A stretch of DNA of 13,923 bases from Tubiluchus corallicola (Eukaryota > Animalia > Priapulida), in NCBI GenBank assembly GCA_030141605.1, contig JAQGDQ010002130.1, positions 1 through 13,923 on the forward strand, given 5' to 3'. The notes beneath the pieces were generated by a model. The model did not search any database, was not told the DNA's origin, and saw only the letters and a list, made by a program, of their open reading frames with translations. A program made the position numbers and the translations under genes. Shown here in pieces: positions 8,966 through 13,923 of the stretch. The stretch's first letter is position 1. Each line of letters begins with the position of its first letter.

Positions 8966-10068
8966 CCATCACCATCAACATCTGTAATTAACTAACTTGT
9001 TCTTATGTGGCGGACGAATATCAAATGGAACCTCCAATCAACTCGTCACAGCTCCTCAGAAGGAAGCGTCCTAAAATATAGCCCACATCTTCGTATAGTC
9101 ATGTTCTTGTTCTTTCTAAAGAGCTATATATATTTTTCCGAGAATCCCACCAGGCGCCGCTAGAACGTTTTTTCTGCAAGCTATTTGGTCAAAATTTCGA
9201 AAAAATCGCGAGTTTCGAAGGAAGCGTCCTAAAATATAGTGTTTGGATACTTATTTGTTTCAAGCAACTTAAGGGTTTAAAAATACAAAAACTACTTTAA
9301 AGTGTCACTAGATGTCTCTAAACAGTACTCAAATGTACCATTTGGCTCCCTGGGACTCGAATGGGGGAGCTTACAGCACTCCCGCAGACCCCAAACTACA
9401 TTTTGTGCCCCGTAGTGAAATACCCCCCCCCCCCGTCACGTCATAATTTCTTAAAAATCGACTGTTTTACAATTACAATTGTAAAAGTAAATTGTAAAGA
9501 TCAACCGACAGTTTGTAAGTATGGAACAATATGATTTGTTATTTTTACCAAAAGAACCTAGTACTTTGAAGTGAAAGAGTTGATTGTTTACTGCCACCAT
9601 AAAAGCATGTGTCATTATAACAGCGAGAAATTCATCACTTTCCATGCCAAGCAATTTTCGTCACGTCGCTTCAATAAAACGTGAGTTCCATTCTAAATTA
9701 CCTTTTAATCTTCCCAGAATAAAAGTTTGCATACTGGGATTGAATTTGCATCCCGGGATTGATGGCACTGCATTCTGGGAAAGCACGCCATTTTGCATGC
9801 CTGAGTGTGGTGCAGCGTTTCGTCACCATGGTGACACCAAGGAAATTAATGGTCCTTTTAATATTCATCAGTTAAACGCGAAATTGTCCTCTCCAGACTC
9901 CCAGTGGTGAAAATGATGGCAGCAAATTGAGAGTTCATTAGAATGTAATGCAACTGAATTGAGAAATTGAGAAAGCAATTTGAGACTTATAAAACCAATG
10001 TTCTAAAAGCATTCAGTTTAGGTTTATTTTGTTGACTTGAAGTGGCAATGACTTAACTTATTTAACAG

Positions 10069-10860
10069 TTACTACAGGATTTCAACAATAACACAAACAT
10101 CAGTGAAGTTCTGTCCTATGAATTATCTCCTTTTCCAACATCAATGGTAAGCTGCAAAATACTGGCCATTGGCCAGGCAGTCTTAGCAGAAGAAATAAAT
10201 TTCACATTTGATTTAAAATAATGGACAAAAGTTCAATGTGTCATAAAACTAGCCAATAATGAACATTATTCCTTCAGATGACATTCTTTTTGCATCATAA
10301 TTTGTCCACAACAATGGTCGTAGAATTCGTAAATGACAATGGTTAAACAATGAAGAATCATCAAAGCATCATTCCAGAGATGACGGGAAGCCATGCACTC
10401 TGTAGGAAAGAGAACCACGCTGAACGTACTTAGAGATTTCGAAATTTAACGACATTAAAACAGCCTGATGGAACTCAAACCGCTAGATTCATCAGTGCAT
10501 GCTCTGGATAAGTCTACTCAAAATGTAGCATCATGTCTGAAACTAGGATAGTTGTATGGCATAGTAAATTGAACGGATGTTAGTAGGATCACTAGATGGA
10601 ATTTTAACCATGATCATATGGTCTTGTCATGATGCAAAGCCTTGCACTTCTCCATCAACAATGGAAAATAAAAAGAGCGCACATTCATTCACGTTCTCAG
10701 TAATAACAAACAAATGGAATCTGTAAATGTGACAAAGCTAAAACAATTGAATATAAGCAGTAAGAAGTTGTGGGAGTAATGATATAATCTGGATAAAGAT
10801 CCTAGTAATGTACATAAGTGATGAAATCTTAAGGTTTGTCCAATAAGAAAGGACTAACAC
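10069..10860 (+). mobile_element. Degraded, internally deleted fragment of an AcademX-like DNA transposon ORF (XPG-like nuclease and Cys-finger region)
   Basis: Manual translation gives motifs in the expected order: ISEVLSYELSPFPTSM (ends 10146), HAL (10392-10400), VGKRTTLNVL (10402-10431), QTARFISACSG*VYSKCSIMSETRIVVWHSK (10476-10568), SPST (10649-10660), IKRAHIH (10668-10688), DEILRFV (10820-10840) and KKGLT (10845-10859). These recall YELxPxPxS / HAxxGCD..GK / FxxxCYG..MS..R..W / LPPT..RAH.Q / GLxC. Stops and frameshifts occur throughout. The family call is from memory of the motifs. Confidence 0.65.
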
Positions 10861-11042
10861 GTGAACCATTGAAGAAGAAAGCGCTACGTCTTAATTAGAT
10901 GATTTTGTTGTAATTCTCCTACACAATTATCCATGGAGTGTATAACAACTTCATCATTTTTTATTTGTTTTAATGTCCTTTAAGTTAAATTCATTTGCAT
11001 TATCATAGCTTGTTACAGTTTTGGTTTGTTACAGTGCTTTTT

Positions 11043-11118
11043 GATGATGATGATGATGATAACGATGACGAAGATGATGGCGATGACGACGTTGATGATG
11101 ATGACGATGATGATGATA

Positions 11119-11149
<31 letters not shown>

Positions 11150-11462
11150 TGATTACGATGACGATGAAGATGATGATGGCAATGACAACGTTGATGATGA
11201 TGACGATGACGATGATGATGATGATGATGACGACGTTGATGATTATGACGACGACGATGATGACGACGACGACGATGATGATGATGGCGATGATGACGAT
11301 GACGACAACGGTTATGATGATGATGGCGATGATGACGATGATAACAATGGTTATGATGATAATGATAACGATGAGGATGATGATTATGATGATGATTATG
11401 GCGATGACGATGACGGTGATGATGATAATGATGACGATGATGATGATGACGGTGATGATGAT
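11043..11462 (+). repeat. Degenerate (GAT/GAC)n trinucleotide tract, 140 triplets
   Basis: Triplet phase is unbroken. Variants are mostly one base from GAT or GAC (AAC, GGC, GTT, TAT, GAA). It generates three overlapping low-complexity ORFs. Confidence 0.96.
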
Positions 11463-11682
11463 CTTTTTGAGCTACTCCGTGCACTGAGCACTTGCATTAT
11501 TGCTGCAGTTTCCACACTTATACAGATAGAAACCCAGCGTACGACAATCATGGTTGGTTTTACGGTGCCTTTAATGTGATATCGCGTTTTGATTTGATAT
11601 GAAACAGATTTTTGACGCCCGCAATTTCAATTCAATCTTTGTTTATTTTACTAATGGAAATTTTATTGTCTTATAAACCATT

Positions 11683-12681
11683 TACTGCAGCTGTAGTAGA
11701 CTAGGCTAATACTGGTTACTGCAGCTGTAGTAGACTAGGCTAATACTAGTACTAGTTACTGCAGCTGTAGTAGACTAGGCTAATACTGGTTACTGCAGCT
11801 GTAGTAGACTAGGCTAATACTGGTTACTGCAGCTGTAGTTGACTAGGCTAATACTAGTACTAGTTACTGCAGCTGTAGTAGACTAGGCTAATACTGGTTA
11901 CTGCAGCTGTAGTAGACTAGGCTAATACTAGTACTAGTTACTGCAGCTGTAGTAGACTAGGCTAATACTAGTTACTGCAGCTGTAGTAGACTAGGCTAAT
12001 ACTAGTTACTGCAGCTGTAGTAGACTAGGCTAATACTAGTTACTGCAGCTGTAGTAGACTAGGCTAATACTAGTTACTGCAGCTGTAGTAGACTAGGTTA
12101 ATACTAGTTACTGCAGCTGTAGTAGACTAGGCTAATACTGGTTACTGCAGCTGTAGTAGACTAGGCTAATACTAGTTACTGCAGCTGTAGTAGACTAGGC
12201 TAATACTAGTTACTGCAGCTGTAGTAGACTAGGCTAATACTGGTTACTGCAGCTGTAGTAGACTAGGCTAATACTAGTTACTGCAGCTGTAGTAGACTAG
12301 GCTAATACTAGTTACTGCAGCTGTAGTAGACTAGGCTAATACTGGTTACTGCAGCTGTAGTAGACTAGGCTAATACTAGTACTAGTTACTGCAGCTGTAG
12401 TAGACTAGGCTAATACTAGTTACTGCAGCTGTAGTAGACTAGGCTAATACTGGTTACTGCAGCTGTAGTAGACTAGGCTAATACTAGACCACAAACACAA
12501 ACAACCACAAACACAAACACCACAAACACAATACTAGTTACTGCAGCTGTAGTAGACTAGGCTAATACTAGTTACTGCAGCTGTAATAGACTAGGCTAAT
12601 ACTAGTTACTGCAGCTGTAGTAGACGAGGCTAATACTAGTTACTGCAGCTGTAGTAGACTAGGCTAATACTGGTTACTGCA
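11683..12681. repeat. 34-bp minisatellite, ~27 copies (TACTGCAGCTGTAGTAGACTAGGCTAATACTRGT), with four 40-bp variants and one CA-rich interruption
   Basis: Period is 34 (11683, 11717). Some units carry an extra ACTAGT. The interruption is at 12488-12529. Confidence 0.98.
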
Positions 12682-12742
12682 CACGAAAATTGAAGGATCA
12701 AATGTGTTAATAACTGCGTGTATACATATGATTAATTGATAA

Positions 12743-12945
12743 ATTCATTCACTCATTATTTCATTCATTCTCTCATTCTTTCATTCATTCGTTCATTCAT
12801 TGTTTCATTCGCTCGTTCGTTCATTTATTGATTTATTCATTAATTCGTTCGTTCATTTATTGATTTATTCATTCATTCGTTCGTTCGTTCGTTCCTTCGT
12901 TCATTTATTGAACTATTCATTCATTCGTTCGTTCGTTCATTCTTT
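12743..12945 (+). repeat. Degenerate TTCA/TTCG microsatellite
   Basis: ATTC/GTTC tetramer array. It explains ORF 12800..13009. Confidence 0.92.
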
Positions 12946-13503
12946 CTGCCACTGCACAAATTGTTGTTACTTTCTGACGTATGCAATAGCTGTGTTCGGT
13001 TGCCGTTAATTATCTTTCTAAGGTGTTTATTCAAATATAAAGAACAATTGTTAACTTATATAAACATGAAAATGTGTATTTTGGACAGTAAATTAAAATG
13101 AAATTGAGTCTAAACAATCGCACGGTCTTCCTTTAATACTTAATTGAAATTTACAAAACCCACACAATAGATACGATAACAAAAACGATTCTCGATGTAC
13201 ATAAGCCTTTACAAAGTATTGTAAAGTTGTAGACTTATACTTCCTGAACTTAGTTCGTTATTATGGTGACATTATCTGCCTCATATGCATTATCTTTAAT
13301 AACTATTAATTATGAAGATGGCTTAGAATGAGCCATATACGCGCTTACGCTTCTAACAGGAAAAAAATCTCAGTCTCTTTTTTATTTATAATAAAATATG
13401 TGATAAATAGTGAAATAGTTGTATTTCTTAAATATTATTATTGACAAACAAAAAAGAAAGTTATTCTAGTTTATTTAAAAGATTTTCAAGAAGTTCACTT
13501 CAG

Positions 13504-13569
13504 GCTATGCAAATGCAGCTAAAATTCACAATCTCATTACAACCAGTAACGATATTCCAGACGGGTATG
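13504..13569 (+). CDS. Candidate 66-nt phase-1/1 exon ((G)YANAAKIHNLITTSNDIPDGY(G)), product unknown
   Basis: Acceptor TTCACTTCAG ends at 13503 (short pyrimidine tract). Consensus donor TG|GTGAGT at 13570. Frame is open and length is divisible by 3. Confidence 0.3.
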
Positions 13570-13622
13570 GTGAGTTAATAATGGGTGGCCCCTTTTGAGG
13601 AGAATAATTGCTCGCCTTTACC

Positions 13623-13923
<301 letters not shown>

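Larger units (their letters stand above)
6836..9994. repeat. Right arm of the long imperfect inverted repeat (partner 1157-5347)
   Basis: Same modules in mirror order. It lacks left-arm blocks 2118-2393 and 3262-4006. Substitutions are scattered and microsatellite lengths differ. Confidence 0.97.

Noticed and set aside
1157-9994. Palindrome as a pure sequencing fold-back chimera
   Set aside because: The arms differ by many substitutions and three large indels, and there is a unique 1.5 kb spacer. Haplotype mis-joining is not excluded.
11026-11487. Met-rich (+) and His/Arg-rich (-) ORFs
   Set aside because: Alternative frames of the GAT/GAC tract.
11683-12681. CRISPR array (34-bp palindromic repeats)
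   Set aside because: Units are head-to-tail with no unique spacers, there are no cas genes, and the context is eukaryotic.

Overview
AT-rich eukaryotic DNA, probably from an invertebrate, with no intact protein-coding gene. The ORFs in the track mostly come from simple or tandem repeats, or are mirror copies of each other. The main structure is a ~9.4 kb imperfect palindrome. The left arm (1157-5347, plus a more diverged outer piece at 658-718) and the right arm (6836-9994, extending to 10046) are reverse complements around a ~1.5 kb spacer. The arms carry the same modules in mirror order: a 23-bp direct repeat pair, (GAT)n, a GAGT/GAAT compound satellite, a 30-bp TGACGTCA+CCAAT array and an AGGTCA-AGGTCA array. 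Three large blocks occur only in the left arm. The spacer holds a 120-bp duplication and a well-formed 102-nt candidate exon. Just outside the right arm (10069-10860, +) are ordered peptide motifs resembling a heavily deleted AcademX-type (XPG nuclease/Cys-finger) DNA transposon protein, which the ORF track does not show. The rest is a degenerate (GAY)n tract, a near-palindromic 34-bp minisatellite, TTCA/TTCG and GA microsatellites, and one more candidate exon. All alignments were done by eye and no database search was run.
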